Assembly (NCBI RefSeq): GCF_006345805.1
Contig: NC_043013.1
Coordinates: 50,716,001-50,780,000, forward strand
Direction of reading: 5' to 3'
Length of the DNA: 64,000 bases
From: Octopus sinensis
Lineage: Eukaryota
The notes under the pieces are model-generated. The model was given only the letters and a program-made list of their open reading frames with translations, did no database searches and had not been told where the DNA came from. Position numbers and translations under genes: made by a program. Below, one piece after another: positions 62,881-64,000 of this stretch (the stretch's first letter is position 1; every line of letters begins with the position of its first letter).

Positions 62881-64000
62881 CCTCTCATGCACAGCACACT
62901 TCCATAGGACTCGGTCTTCAGTCATTTCCTTGGTGAGACCTAAAGTTCGAAGGTCGTGCTTCACCACCTCGTCCCAGTTTTCCTGGGTCTACCTCTTCCA
63001 CAGGTTCCCTCACTGCTAGGGTGTAGCACTTTTGCACACAACTATCTTCAGCCATTCTCGTCACATGACCATACCAGCGCAGCCGTCTCTCTTGCACACC
63101 ACAACTGACACTTCTTAGGTTCAACTTTTCTCTCAAAGTACTTACACTCTGACGATTATGAACACTGACATACACATCCATCGGAGCATACTGGCTTCAT
63201 TTCTTGCAAGCTTACGCATATCCTCAGCTGTCACGGCCCATGTTTCACTACCATGTAGCATGGCTGTACGTACACACGCATCATATAGTCTGCCTTTTAC
63301 TCTTAGCGAGAGGCCTTTTGTCACCAGCAGGGGTAAGAGCTCTCTTACTCTAGCAGTTACACTTTCAGCACACCCACCCCCGCTACTGACTTGGTCTCCT
63401 AGGTAGCGGAAGCTATCAACTACTTCTAGTTTGTCTCCCTGGAACGTGGTAGAAGTTGGTCTCTGCACATTTCCAGTGTTTATTTCTCCTGAGCATCTGC
63501 CACAGACAAAAACTATTTTCTTAGTTAGCCTTCCTTTGACATTGCTGCACCTCTTATGTGTCCATAGCTTACACTTGTGCACCTTATAGAGTTTCTACCT
63601 ACACACTTTTTTACAGATCGAGCAGGGCCATCTACCTGAAGTCGTTTGTGGTTGGTCCACCTTCCTACTTATTAGGACTTTGGTTTTGGCTAGGTTGATT
63701 CTAAGGCCCTTCGATTCTAATCCTTGTTTCCACACCTGAACTTCTCCTCCAGTTCTGATAGTGACTCAGCAATTAGAGCAAGGTCATCAGCATATAGGAG
63801 CTCCCAGGGGCATCCTGTCTTAAATTCTTCCGTTATTGCCTGGAGGACTATGATAAATAGGAGGGGGCTGAGGACTGAACCTTGGTGGACCCCAACCTCT
63901 ACCCGGAATTCTTCACTGTACTCGTTGCCAACCCTCACCTTACTAGCTGCGTCTCTGTACATGGCTCGTACAGCTCTCACTAACCATTCATCTATCCCTA
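62880..64000 (-). mobile_element. RTE-clade LINE RT region with PHD-type finger (continues beyond window; several 1-bp frameshifts)
   Basis: GVHQGSVLSPLLF, LLYADD, GLRINLAKTK, WPCSIC...C..C..WTHKRC...CGRC, VDSFRYLG, HGSETW, RLRWYGHV. Confidence 0.95.

Overview
Eukaryotic, AT-rich, microsatellite-saturated genomic DNA. The SINE/LINE repertoire and gene structure suggest an octopus or other coleoid cephalopod (inference). The only host gene I can support is WWOX on the + strand, seen as two phase-compatible coding exons (4598-4655 and 11240-11418) encoding WW domain 2 and the start of the SDR domain. I found no further WWOX exon, so most of the window appears to be intron. It holds many tRNA-derived SINEs, RTE and CR1 LINE fragments, a decayed DD36E Tc1 element, non-autonomous Helitron/Helentron elements, a MULE/Merlin-like MITE, Penelope-like (PLE) remnants, a possible NUMT, and minisatellites. 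Three things stand out. (1) Several unrelated type I hammerhead ribozyme motifs, most in fold-back or inverted PLE-like cassettes beside (TA)n. (2) An RTE LINE with a PHD finger inserted in its RT and a 3' UTR amplified into a ~2.6 kb higher-order tandem array, with a sister array 34 kb away. (3) A compact pseudoknot-like module iterated in that 3' UTR. All homology calls are by eye from remembered motifs; no searches or folding programs were run.
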